A stretch of DNA of 36,362 bases from a virus (IMGVR_UViG_3300046778_000227:1-36362); one strand, 5' to 3'. Shown: positions 19,149 through 27,989, numbered from the stretch's first letter. Made by a program: numbers and translations. The notes: generated by a model from the sequence alone, not told the origin.

Positions 19149-19610
19149 TTAAAAATCAAAAACGTTTTTGTTTTCGCCTGTGTAACCTGCGACTGTTCCC
19201 TGTGCGCCTGCGGTGGCAACGCTATTTTTGAAGCCGATTCGGGCGTGACTGGCAACGGATCGGGTCTGGGCTGCGACTAGCTGGGAGTTGGCTTGGTTAA
19301 TGGCTACGTCGTGATTCAGCCTTGCGACTGCGGCTTTGGCATAGGCTCCAACCTTTTTCTGATTACTGCGGAGCCGAGACGAGTACACATCGGCGGATGC
19401 CATCAATTGTGCAGCGTCCCGTTCGTCTTGGATGGCGACTTCTGGGTTGGTGGAGCTGAAGGAAATATTTCTAAATTCATTCAGCCGACCGCGAAATTCT
19501 CCGTCGATTTGTCCCAGACCCGACATCCCAGCGCCGTCGCCGAAGGTGGATTTGGTTATGGCGGATCCGTATCCAAAGAATCTACTTACTAATTCGATCG
19601 CACTACTCAT
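19149..19610 (-). CDS. Hypothetical Ala/Gly-rich helical protein
   Basis: Tightly packed in the operon. Confidence 0.65.
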   Translation of the reverse strand: MSSAIELVSRFFGYGSAITKSTFGDGAGMSGLGQIDGEFRGRLNEFRNISFSSTNPEVAIQDERDAAQLMASADVYSSRLRSNQKKVGAYAKAAVARLNHDVAINQANSQLVAAQTRSVASHARIGFKNSVATAGAQGTVAGYTGENKNVFDF

Positions 19611-20123
19611 TTATTTCCCTCCTGGGCAACTAAGACTAAAGACACAAATGCTACGGTTCTCGGCGGCTTTCTCGGCAATTTTGCGAGTGGCGGCTGATTC
19701 TCTGGCTGATATTCGTTCTATCCGATCGAGTTCGGCTTTTTGCTGAGCCGCTGGGGATTGCGCCGACATAGAGGCGATCGCATAGCCTCCTATCCCGGTC
19801 AAACAAACTAACCCAAATCCAATCAGCCCTAGGGCGATCGGGTCTTGGGTGAGCCTGACTTGCGGCTGATGCTGTCCGGTGGCCCGGTTCAGGGCGGAGA
19901 TTAGGTTGGCGAATTCGTCAGGGGTGGCGACGATCGAAATACTCCCCGTCCCTGAATTTTGAATCTGGGCGGGGAGTGTGGGCAGATGGATACGGGTGGG
20001 CCGAGCGGCGAGTGATTGGCTTTTCGTGGGGACGATGGGGCTAGTGGTAGTCGATGGGTTGAACATCGTGGAGACGGGGGTGTTCTCCGTAGTCCATGCG
20101 TCCGGTAGGCCGTTGGAAGGCAT
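19611..20123 (-). CDS. Single-pass membrane protein with coiled coil and C-terminal Cys pair
   Basis: IALGLIGFGLVCLTGIGGYAIA TM segment; ends SICVFSLSCPGGK; the start may be 20066. Confidence 0.65.
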   Translation of the reverse strand: MPSNGLPDAWTTENTPVSTMFNPSTTTSPIVPTKSQSLAARPTRIHLPTLPAQIQNSGTGSISIVATPDEFANLISALNRATGQHQPQVRLTQDPIALGLIGFGLVCLTGIGGYAIASMSAQSPAAQQKAELDRIERISARESAATRKIAEKAAENRSICVFSLSCPGGK

Positions 20124-20212
20124 GATAAATGATTCCTATGACTAAGAGGGTGGTTAGTGGGACAAGGGCATACCAGTGAAGCTTTGAGCGGGGCTTGATA
20201 CAGCGGTTCAGT

Positions 20213-20518
20213 TCAGAGGAGAGTTGTGCCTGCTGTACTAATGCAGTTTGAAAAAAAGCTGGCCTCGGCTCCCGCTCCCGCCTTGAGTCCTTCCTGTAGT
20301 CCTTGGACAAATCCCCGCTGGGAGGCTTCGGTCAACGTCAGGGCGACGTTGAGGCCGAGGGTGCGTTTGGAGCTTTCGATCGCGGCGACCTGCGTGTCTA
20401 GCTCTGTCTGTGGGTCCTCGGCGGCTTGGGGGGCGTTAAAGGTGATGTCTTGACTGGCCCGTTTCGATCGGGCCTTGCGGGCTAGTTTTGAGGGCGTTTG
20501 GGGGATGATGTCAGACAT
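20213..20518 (-). CDS. Hypothetical coiled-coil protein, possibly extending to 20041 with a C-terminal TM via a frameshift
   Basis: Removing one base of A7 at 20251-20257 joins it to the frame encoding WYALVPLTTLLVIGIIY. Confidence 0.55.
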   Translation of the reverse strand: MSDIIPQTPSKLARKARSKRASQDITFNAPQAAEDPQTELDTQVAAIESSKRTLGLNVALTLTEASQRGFVQGLQEGLKAGAGAEASFFSNCISTAGTTLL

Positions 20519-20834
20519 TGAATAGCTCCTTTATTCGGGATAGGCATTCGGGATAGAGGCGTTTAAAGACGGGGGATGAGTACGATCGGGCTTGATAGCT
20601 GGAGAGTCCGGCGATCGTCCACAGCGTTGCCGCTTGGGATAGGTCGATCGGGCGTTTTTGGGTGGCGTTGAGTTCGGTTCCGATAGTCCGACGGCACCAA
20701 TCGCTCCAAGTAGAACGCGGGATTTCTCGCTCTATTTCCTGCTCGATCGCTTTTTTTAACGAACCCAGGGGGATGGTTAATTCGTTGGGCGGAGTATCGT
20801 TTTTAATACTCCGACGTGTCGGAGTTTTTTGCAT
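20511..20834 (-). CDS. Putative DNA-binding regulator heading the membrane/ATPase operon
   Basis: LKKAIEQEIEREIPRSTWSDWCR is HTH-like; palindromic sites lie at and upstream of its start. Confidence 0.45.
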   Translation of the reverse strand: MQKTPTRRSIKNDTPPNELTIPLGSLKKAIEQEIEREIPRSTWSDWCRRTIGTELNATQKRPIDLSQAATLWTIAGLSSYQARSYSSPVFKRLYPECLSRIKELFNV

Positions 20835-20879
20835 TTTTCAGTCACCGTAAGGGTTTCAAAGCTCCGACGTGTCGGAGTT
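20809..20879. promoter_or_regulatory. Twin palindromic operators
   Basis: CTCCGAC-GT-GTCGGAG(TT) at 20809-20826 and 20862-20879, identical and 53 bp apart. Confidence 0.7.
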
Positions 20880-20894
20880 GGTTTTTGACTTTTT

Positions 20895-21161
20895 TCAGGT
20901 TTTTGGCGGTTCTGGGCTTAGGGTTCTGGTCCGATCGGCCTTGCCCAAAACCTCAATCAATAGGTCAGCCTGAAGCATCGCATCTTCAATCATTAGATGG
21001 GTAGCCGTGGCCTTTTCAGGATTTGCATTCATCCCAGCCAGAAGCAGCACAGCAAAATGCTCCCGCTTACTCATGCCTACCCGATCGGCGATCCGCAAGC
21101 CCTGGTCATTCGGAAATGCCGGGACCGATCCGATCGGCCTTAAAGGTCTTTGGTCAGTCAT
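20895..21161 (-). CDS. Conserved small phage protein (PAFP...GMSKREHFA type)
   Basis: PAFP...GM(T/S)xR(D/E)xFA motif common in phage early regions. Confidence 0.7.
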   Translation of the reverse strand: MTDQRPLRPIGSVPAFPNDQGLRIADRVGMSKREHFAVLLLAGMNANPEKATATHLMIEDAMLQADLLIEVLGKADRTRTLSPEPPKT

Positions 21162-21547
21162 GAGTCAACCTCTTCATCTTCATATTCATCGCCAGAGCCA
21201 TCGCCATCGCCTGAGCCTGAGCCAGAGCCATAGCCTGAGCCATAGCCAGAGCCATAGCCAGAGCCAGAGCCATCGCCATCGCCATCGCCAGAGCCATCGC
21301 CATAGCCATCGCCATCGCCTGAGCCATAGCCTGAGCCAGAGCCATCGCCATCGCCATCGCCAGAGCCATAGCCAGAGCCAGAGCCTGAGCCATAGCCTGA
21401 GCCATAGCCTGAGCCAGAGCCTGAGCCATAGCCTAAGCCATAGCCTGAGCCATCGCCAGAGCCTGAGCCATCGCCATCGCCATAGCCAGAGCCATAGCCA
21501 TAGCCAGAGCCATAGCCTGCGCCATCGCCGATCGGAGCTTTACGCAT
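21158..21547 (-). CDS. Gly-rich repeat protein (GSGYGSGDG)n
   Basis: Imperfect 6-bp-period tandem repeat at about 21190-21530; this frame couples with both neighbouring genes. Confidence 0.7.
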   Translation of the reverse strand: MRKAPIGDGAGYGSGYGYGSGYGDGDGSGSGDGSGYGLGYGSGSGSGYGSGYGSGSGSGYGSGDGDGDGSGSGYGSGDGDGYGDGSGDGDGDGSGSGYGSGYGSGYGSGSGSGDGDGSGDEYEDEEVDS

Positions 21548-21842
21548 AAGCCTTACGCTCCCGTAACCACTTAGCTCCCACTTCTGAACAGGGGATGATT
21601 TCGATCGCTTCGGTCAACAAAATCGACTCCAGCGGCTGGCTCAACCGAGTCCCGTCTCCCGCTCCGTTCAGGGCGATCGCACTTAAGGTAAATGCGCCTT
21701 CCCAATAGTGGATCCGTCGCGCATCCTTTAAAAGAACTTCGGTGCCAGAACGCTCAGACAGAATCCCGAAATGGACCCCAGCCGAATAGGTGCGCACTAT
21801 TACCTCGCGGTTAATTCCATAGGTTCCGATCGTTTCGGTCAT
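21540..21842 (-). CDS. Conserved phage protein (DUF6948-like)
   Basis: VIVRTYSAGVHFG...LKDARRIHYWEGAFTLSAIA; this family is typically followed by a Gly-rich ORF. Confidence 0.7.
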   Translation of the reverse strand: MTETIGTYGINREVIVRTYSAGVHFGILSERSGTEVLLKDARRIHYWEGAFTLSAIALNGAGDGTRLSQPLESILLTEAIEIIPCSEVGAKWLRERKAYA

Positions 21843-21973
21843 AATTAAAAAGCCTCCAATGGCTTTGAGTAGTTTTGGAGGTAATGGGGCGGGAGAGTTT
21901 CATTCTCCCGCCTTCCACTACAAAAATTGAATCGTATCCAAAACGCCTGAGCCGTGAACTCAAGCGTTTTGTT

Positions 21974-22210
21974 TTAGTCATCAGCTTCAGGAAACGCCGC
22001 CACAAGGTCGTCAAGGGACCAATTAAGCGTTTCGCAAATCAAACGGGTTTTGAGTGGCGACAGGCTTGGAAGCTGAGTCCCTGCAACCCAACGCTGAACC
22101 GTTCTTAAGGTGACTCCTATCTTCTGAGCAAAAGATTCTTGGGTGAATCCAAGTTCTGAAAGTCTCAACACCAGCACATCTCTCCTTTTTTTGTGTTGCC
22201 TAATATTCAT
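21974..22210 (-). CDS. XRE/Cro-family HTH regulator
   Basis: LGFTQESFAQKIGVTLRTVQRWVAG; the true start may be GTG 22177 after AGGAGA. Confidence 0.85.
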   Translation of the reverse strand: MNIRQHKKRRDVLVLRLSELGFTQESFAQKIGVTLRTVQRWVAGTQLPSLSPLKTRLICETLNWSLDDLVAAFPEADD

Positions 22211-22248
22211 AATACGACATTGACGACACGCCGTCAATGTCGTATTGT
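22209..22248. promoter_or_regulatory. Overlapping divergent sigma70-type promoters inside a perfect 15-bp inverted repeat
   Basis: AATACGACATTGACG-N6-CGTCAATGTCGTATT; + strand TTGACG-17-TATTGT; - strand TTGACG-17-TATTAT. Confidence 0.75.
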
Positions 22249-22470
22249 TTAACTTGTTGGCGGCGCAAATCGTTGACCAATAAACAGCATCCGATCGGGG
22301 CTTTGATTTACAGTCCGAACCCCGATCGGCTGCCTCAATTTTGCCCCATAGTTGCCGATCGGCTAGTCCGGGGGCATCTAGCGCGGGTTTTAATATGACC
22401 AATCCGCCCGGTTTCCTTGCCTGTGGTAGGGGATGGGCGATCGGTCTACTTAAAACTTTATGGAGACGCA

Positions 22471-22674
22471 ATGGAAACACAGCCTTTAGGCCTCAGTATT
22501 TTGCTCAGGAAGCCTGATAGCCGCATTGAAATCCAGTTTGGGGAAGACATCTACGTCATCGAACCCGAAACGGCCAACGCCATAAAACAGGGAATCGAAG
22601 CCTGTCTAGACCACATCGAAACCCTCAAGCAACAGCCCGATAGCCCCTGTATCCACAAAAACATCGTCCTATGA
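22471..22674 (+). CDS. Small hypothetical early protein
   Basis: ATG preceded by GGAGA; coupled to the next gene. Confidence 0.6.
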   Translation: METQPLGLSILLRKPDSRIEIQFGEDIYVIEPETANAIKQGIEACLDHIETLKQQPDSPCIHKNIVL

Positions 22675-22862
22675 ACTATCCCTTACCGCCTAAACCGATC
22701 GGACCCAAAGACTTCAGCCTAGCCCCGCACTGGGACGGCAGCCTAGTCTTGACCATCAACGGCCAAGACTACAGCCTCCCACTCAACACCGCCCGCCTGC
22801 TCAGTCAGCGGCTAATCACCGAAGCCGCCAACACCCGCCGCCTCGTCCTGCCAGACCAATAA
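22671..22862 (+). CDS. Small hypothetical early protein
   Basis: ATGA coupling; followed by a hairpin. Confidence 0.6.
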   Translation: MNYPLPPKPIGPKDFSLAPHWDGSLVLTINGQDYSLPLNTARLLSQRLITEAANTRRLVLPDQ

Positions 22863-22863
22863 A

Positions 22864-22895
22864 AAAGGCCGACTCTGTTCTGGGAGTCGGTCTTT
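22864..22895 (+). terminator. Intrinsic terminator-like hairpin
   Basis: AAAGGCCGACTC-N8-GAGTCGGTCTTT right after the stop codon. Confidence 0.6.
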
Positions 22896-22945
22896 GAAAA
22901 ATACTTTTTGTTGAAAACTGCTTACTGAATCCAACGAGGTTAATC

Positions 22946-23338
22946 GTGACTCAGATCACAATTTCGCCACCGATCGAAACTGAAAATCTATCCATTGACG
23001 TAGGCCGATCGAATCCAACTCTCTCTCTACACGAGCAACGAAAAGATACCCGTAGAGGGAAGGCAAAACCCTTTGTCCCGGCCTGTCGATGGCATCTCAC
23101 CTACTACACCGAAAACGGGATTGAGCATCATTTCCCGATCGCCACCTGGCCCGAAGACGCAATCCTTGCCGTGGGCCGTGGCATCCCACTTAAAGCCGAA
23201 TTTGATGATTTTGGATGCGATCGATGGACCCCCATCAGCCGCCATCTCTACGCCGAATTTGCTTGCTACCCCCAGTTAAGGGAACAGCAAGCCGCGATCG
23301 ACCTCCTCAAAGCGCAGCGAGGTTGTGGCCATGCTTAA
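22946..23338 (+). CDS. Hypothetical protein
   Basis: GTG after GAGG; overlaps the next start. Confidence 0.55.
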   Translation: MTQITISPPIETENLSIDVGRSNPTLSLHEQRKDTRRGKAKPFVPACRWHLTYYTENGIEHHFPIATWPEDAILAVGRGIPLKAEFDDFGCDRWTPISRHLYAEFACYPQLREQQAAIDLLKAQRGCGHA

Positions 23339-23657
23339 CGCCCGTCAGACCTCGCCCACAGACCTGCTCATTCAAAGCGCTGCGACACTTGCCCGTGACG
23401 ACTTGCTGGAACTGAAGGCGGCGATCGATGCTTTGTTGATCGCCACCGAGCCGCCGCCCGTCATTGAACTCGACGACGAACGATCGAGGCGGCGGCCCAA
23501 ACCCAAGGCCAAGCGATCGGCTGACGGCTGGATCGAAATCACCTACAAAACCTCAAAAGGTAAGCGCTATGGGCCTTTTAGATATCTCCGCTGGAGGCAA
23601 GGCGCTATTAAAAAATCTAAGTATTTGGGGAAGGTTCCGAGCCATGAGGCCACTTGA
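23331..23657 (+). CDS. Basic putative nucleic-acid-binding protein (DUF6788-like)
   Basis: KGKRYGPFRYLRWRQGAIKKSKYLGK. Confidence 0.6.
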   Translation: MLNARQTSPTDLLIQSAATLARDDLLELKAAIDALLIATEPPPVIELDDERSRRRPKPKAKRSADGWIEITYKTSKGKRYGPFRYLRWRQGAIKKSKYLGKVPSHEAT

Positions 23658-23931
23658 AAAAGAATTGTTACGCGATCGGGATTACAGCAAATACGAAGTC
23701 ATTTCCGAACTCAAACGAGAGCTGGAAATGCGGAAAAAACTTTTGCCCTCCTGGACGGCCACAGGAAGACTCACCACTGCCCAAGCCACCGATCGGATCC
23801 GTTTGCTGGAAACAGCGCTCGCCGATCTGCAAGAGCTTTACCGAGAGAAAGCGGATCCACCGATTTTACAGGTCTCACTTTTCCCAATTGAACCCGAACC
23901 CATTTCACAATTTAGGACACACCAATCATGA
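23644..23931 (+). CDS. Conserved small phage protein
   Basis: ISELKRELEMRKKLLPSWTATGRLT resembles a common phage motif (REL.MR..VYP.WV..G). Confidence 0.6.
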   Translation: MRPLEKELLRDRDYSKYEVISELKRELEMRKKLLPSWTATGRLTTAQATDRIRLLETALADLQELYREKADPPILQVSLFPIEPEPISQFRTHQS

Positions 23932-24698
23932 CCGCACTCGGCTTCGGACCCAGCCCACGACCCCAGTACATCTATCTCAACCGTCAGTATCCACCGAGCC
24001 TCTGGTATTTCTGGAGCCATATCACCAACAATCCCATCCCGATCGACCATGGGGCACTCACAGGCGTTTTGACAAAAGTAGAAATTAACTTCAAGGAATT
24101 CCGAGGTAAATCAGACCCCAAGATTGAACTATCCATGCGGTGCGATCGATATTACAAAATTCAGATTGGCCTCAACACCGTGACGGCCAAAGGATTAATC
24201 AGCGCCCTAGCCACGATCGAAGACTTTACGCAGCCCATCACGATCGTCCCTGAAGCTGGCGATACCGAGCAAGTCCTATTTGCCAAAGTTGCGATCGATG
24301 GAGAGTTTATCTTCGCGCCCTACGACGAAGAAGCAGACTGGCCCGTGCTGGTTCAGGGGATTATCGATCGCTTAGAGGGTCATGAGGCATCCCGACCTAT
24401 CGAAGCCCCCAGACGCCCCACACTCCCAGCTCCCAGCAACAGCAAAAAGATTGACCCACGCATCATCACCGACCAACAACGATCGGCCTTCGTCGCCCTA
24501 GTGCGGTCTCATGGTTGGTCCGTTGAGGCCGTCAAAGCCTACCTTAGCTCTTGTGGCTATACCCACAGCAGTACGATCACGCCCCAGGATTATGAGGGCA
24601 TTTGTGACGGCATCCGGCAGGACGATACCCGTGAATATTTTGAGAGCAAGGTCACGATCGCCGCTAACCAACTCGGAACCTGGGAGGACGCAGCATGA
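23928..24698 (+). CDS. Hypothetical DNA metabolism protein (possible ssDNA-binding/annealing)
   Basis: Upstream of the primase; C-terminal ITDQQR...YEGIC helical domain of the type found on phage recombination proteins. Confidence 0.5.
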   Translation: MTALGFGPSPRPQYIYLNRQYPPSLWYFWSHITNNPIPIDHGALTGVLTKVEINFKEFRGKSDPKIELSMRCDRYYKIQIGLNTVTAKGLISALATIEDFTQPITIVPEAGDTEQVLFAKVAIDGEFIFAPYDEEADWPVLVQGIIDRLEGHEASRPIEAPRRPTLPAPSNSKKIDPRIITDQQRSAFVALVRSHGWSVEAVKAYLSSCGYTHSSTITPQDYEGICDGIRQDDTREYFESKVTIAANQLGTWEDAA

Positions 24699-24871
24699 GG
24701 CTCGTCAATGCCCGTCAACTGGCTAAAGAAACGCAACTCTCTGCGCGGACGATGTTTCGCATCAGATCCGCTGGCAAGTGGGAATTAGGCATCAATCCAA
24801 GCCCCAACGTAAACCCAATAAAAAAGCGGCCAGAACCGCTTCAAAGGATTTGTGATTATGCTTACCAATAA
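24695..24871 (+). pseudogene. Excisionase-like HTH, apparently internally deleted
   Basis: MRLVNARQLAKETQLSARTMFRIRSAGKWELGI, after which resemblance is lost; 58 aa, not in the ORF track. Confidence 0.45.
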
Positions 24872-27653
24872 CGGACTATCCCCAACCGAAAATCTGACAA
24901 CCGATCGGCCCATTATAGCACGGGATAAGGATTTGGAAGAATTTCGTAAGTCTGCAATCCCCGATCGGTTAACCCTCGCAAACGTACAATTCGTTGAGGG
25001 ACGTGACGCGGCAAAACTTTTTAAGCCGCTCGATACCACCTCTAAAGGTTTTGACCTAGGGCGAGGGAAAGAGCAGTGGCGAAAGTGGACTCACAGCGAC
25101 CAGGGCGGGGCGATCGTACAGGGTGGCTGGATTTTCTTTGGCTGCAATATGGACGGCACCCCGGCGACGGTTCCACTCTTTAAGCCCAACAAGCCCCGTG
25201 AGGACGATTCAGTTCCCGGGAAAACTAAGCTTATCAAGTATGAGACCCCACCCAAATCCGAGGCAACTCCACTTTTGCCCTGGGTTACTTGGGAGTTTGG
25301 TCTACAAATTGCAGCAAACATTTCAAATCAAGCGGAGAACAGTTATGTCGAAAGGTTTCAAACCTTTATCGCTAGAGAGCAGGCGGCGCAGGAAGAACCT
25401 GATAGCGATCGTCAACCGTCAGGATCGTCTAGCGTTAATTCAGTACTTTCGCCAGATATTGCCGATGTGCTCTCCAGGACTTCTTTCGGCGAACTTAACG
25501 AACCTTCTGGCGGAAGAATTGACCGAGCTTTGCGTTCAACCGACCCAACTTTCTGGCTATGGCACCAATCCGTTGGTGGCCCAGTTGCAGTTTGTGAAGG
25601 ACTTAAAAAGGCAAAATCTTTAATTGCCCATGGTGTCGCCGCCGTCGCCATTCGTGGCATCACGCAGTGGCATCAGAAGGGATCGAAACATCTGCATCCC
25701 CTGATCGCCCAACTCCTCCAACCCGACCAAACTGTCTACATCATCTTCGACCAGGACAGCAAGGAGACGACCCGCAAAGCCGTGCGAAAACAGGCCGTGG
25801 ACTTGGGAGCGGCGATCGAAGCTATGGACTGCGTACCGCTGGCAGTGGGCTGGGATGAGGCGATCGGCAAGGGCATCGACGACGCGCTGTATCTGAAAGG
25901 GCTGGGCGCTAAGAACTGGCTAGAGTACATACTAGAGAAAGCCGTTCCCCCGATCGAAAATCTCCCCGCTGCTGAGGCCAAGACTGCAAATATCGATCGG
26001 CTGTCGGCGATCGTGGCTTCTGCTCCGGTCTGGCAGACCGAAGATAGAATCGGGATGATTGACATCCCAATCAACAGCCACAAAGAGTCGATTTCCCTCA
26101 AAGACCCTCGGTTCAGAAGCTGGCTCGCGGCGGAGTTTTACGAGAAAACTGGGCGGCATTGTTCGTCTGATGCGATCGGGCAACTGACAGAACGCCTCAC
26201 CGGACAAGCTCTCTCCGCACCGACCCATAAAATCTTTCACCGCGTCGCCCGAATCGGCGAGGAAATTTTTATTGACCTAGGCGATCGGGACCACACCATC
26301 ATCAAAGTTTGCGGGGCAGGATGGGCCATTCACGAAGGCGATTGCCCCGCAAAATTCCGAAGACCGAACTCAATGAAGGCGTTGCCAGTTCCCAGTAAAC
26401 ATGGGGACTGGACTGGTTTAAAGAAACTTCTGAACCTGCGAGATGACGATTGGATTTTGCTGCTGTCGTGGCTGAGTTGGGGGTTACACCCGAACAGCCC
26501 TCACCCTGTACTCATTCTCAACGGAGAACACGGCACCGCAAAATCATCCACTTGCGAAATCATTAAGCAATTATTGGATCCGAGTAAGGCGCTTTTACTC
26601 TCAATGCCAGAGGATGCCGAAGGACTTCAGGGCCATGCCAGTAACCGTTGGGTCTTGGCCTATGACAACCTGTCAGGCATTTCCAAGAAGATGTCCGACC
26701 TGCTCTGTACCGTCGCCACAGAGTCTGGATTTGCCAAACGAATGCTGTACACAGACGCGGATGAAACAATTTTTGAAGGCGTTCGTCCGATCGTTCTCAA
26801 CGGAATTGAAGCACTGGCAACTCGCCCGGACTTGCTCGATCGATCCATCATCCTCAACCTCCAGCCCATCACCGACGAAAATCGCATGACCAAGGGGGAG
26901 CTAAACGCCTTGCTGAAAGATTGCGAATCAAACGTTTTCGCCTGCCTGCTCAACTCTCTCGCTCAGGGCCTGCGCCGACTGGACACGACTCGGCCCAGTT
27001 CCCTCGGACGCATGGCCGATTTTCACCAGTGGGGCCATTGCACCGAAACGGCCTTCGGCTTTGAACCTGGCAGCTTTGAAGCCGCCTATCAGTCGAATCG
27101 ACGAATGCTAAACGAGACCGCGATCGACAATGACGCGATCGCCACCGCACTGATTAGCCTGCTCGACACCAAGGATTTCGTAGGCACTGCCTCTGACCTT
27201 CTGACTGAACTCGGTAAGATGGTTACAGAGGAACAGCGCAAGGCTCCCGACTGGATTAAATCCCCCAGTGTCTTGGGCCGTCGTCTGGCTCGACTTGCTC
27301 CAGAGCTTCGCAAGCGTGGCTATGAGTTCTCGAAGTGCAAGCGGGATGGTCCTAACCGCATTCTCAAGATTGAGAAAATAATTGTCCCTGAGTCAGTCCC
27401 GATCGTCATCGAGGAGGTGATTGAATTCACGGCTGAGTATCACGAACCGACTGAACCCACCGAGCCGCTCGAAGTCGGTGAGGATGTGGTGTTCGTCGAT
27501 TCGGATGACGAGGAACAGAATCGCGTCCACTTCTACAAGTTGCTGGATTTTGACATCGATGTTGGCAGTTGCACGATCGAGATGGCTCTCGGAGGACAGA
27601 AGTGCGTTAGTCGCCTGGAATGGCTGAAGCGAAGGGAGGAACGATCGGCGTGA
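24852..27653 (+). CDS. Replication protein: DUF3854/TOPRIM-like primase fused to a P-loop ATPase/helicase
   Basis: FKPNKPR...IKYETPP, VAVCEGLKKA, YIIFDQD, GKGIDDAL; Walker A GEHGTAKS, LAYDNLS, RPDLLDRSI. Confidence 0.85.
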   Translation: MIMLTNNGLSPTENLTTDRPIIARDKDLEEFRKSAIPDRLTLANVQFVEGRDAAKLFKPLDTTSKGFDLGRGKEQWRKWTHSDQGGAIVQGGWIFFGCNMDGTPATVPLFKPNKPREDDSVPGKTKLIKYETPPKSEATPLLPWVTWEFGLQIAANISNQAENSYVERFQTFIAREQAAQEEPDSDRQPSGSSSVNSVLSPDIADVLSRTSFGELNEPSGGRIDRALRSTDPTFWLWHQSVGGPVAVCEGLKKAKSLIAHGVAAVAIRGITQWHQKGSKHLHPLIAQLLQPDQTVYIIFDQDSKETTRKAVRKQAVDLGAAIEAMDCVPLAVGWDEAIGKGIDDALYLKGLGAKNWLEYILEKAVPPIENLPAAEAKTANIDRLSAIVASAPVWQTEDRIGMIDIPINSHKESISLKDPRFRSWLAAEFYEKTGRHCSSDAIGQLTERLTGQALSAPTHKIFHRVARIGEEIFIDLGDRDHTIIKVCGAGWAIHEGDCPAKFRRPNSMKALPVPSKHGDWTGLKKLLNLRDDDWILLLSWLSWGLHPNSPHPVLILNGEHGTAKSSTCEIIKQLLDPSKALLLSMPEDAEGLQGHASNRWVLAYDNLSGISKKMSDLLCTVATESGFAKRMLYTDADETIFEGVRPIVLNGIEALATRPDLLDRSIILNLQPITDENRMTKGELNALLKDCESNVFACLLNSLAQGLRRLDTTRPSSLGRMADFHQWGHCTETAFGFEPGSFEAAYQSNRRMLNETAIDNDAIATALISLLDTKDFVGTASDLLTELGKMVTEEQRKAPDWIKSPSVLGRRLARLAPELRKRGYEFSKCKRDGPNRILKIEKIIVPESVPIVIEEVIEFTAEYHEPTEPTEPLEVGEDVVFVDSDDEEQNRVHFYKLLDFDIDVGSCTIEMALGGQKCVSRLEWLKRREERSA

Positions 27654-27832
27654 CCGACGGGCAACGCATCATCACCCCCACCGGAAGGACAGGCACGATC
27701 GCCCCTAACCCCTTCGACTTCCCGTTTTACACCTTCGTCAGCTTCGACGACGGCGTTTCCTGCTGGGTACGATCGGACATCCTGAAACCCCTTGAGGACA
27801 AGCCCTCTAAGAAAAAATCTAGAAATCCTTGA
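27650..27832 (+). CDS. Small SH3/KOW-like hypothetical protein
   Basis: GTGA coupling with the primase stop; GQRIITPTGRTGTI...VSFDDG...LKPL. Confidence 0.55.
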   Translation: MTDGQRIITPTGRTGTIAPNPFDFPFYTFVSFDDGVSCWVRSDILKPLEDKPSKKKSRNP

Positions 27833-27851
27833 CAATTTGCGATTAAAAAAG

Positions 27852-27897
27852 TTTGCGGGGCATTTAGGGCGATCGTCTTTGCAAAATGCCCCGCAAA
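27852..27897. repeat. Dispersed palindromic element, copy 3
   Basis: TTTGCGGGGCAT-N22-ATGCCCCGCAAA. Confidence 0.95.
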
Positions 27898-27989
27898 TAA
27901 TCGGCTATATTTTGCACTGTTTCAGAAAGGTTTCAATCCGGCTCTTGCTGGGCAAGGGTTTCAAGGTTTTAGGGCACAAGACCGAAAAA

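Noticed and set aside
20041-20310. Independent 89-aa gene
   Set aside because: Better explained as the frameshifted C-terminus of 20213-20518 at the A7 run; likely an error, as at about 5027, 10768 and 30120
21007-21549. His/Ser-rich (+) and Ala/Met-rich (-) ORFs
   Set aside because: Alternative-frame shadows of the Gly-rich hexamer repeat gene
22291-22329. Structured ncRNA or riboswitch in the rightward leader
   Set aside because: The hairpin CCGATCGGGG...CCCCGATCGG is largely made of two self-complementary HIP1 cores; no recognisable RNA family
21974-22480. 168-aa CI repressor as given in the ORF track
   Set aside because: The N-terminal extension runs through the promoter/operator and leader region; only the last 67-78 aa form the HTH
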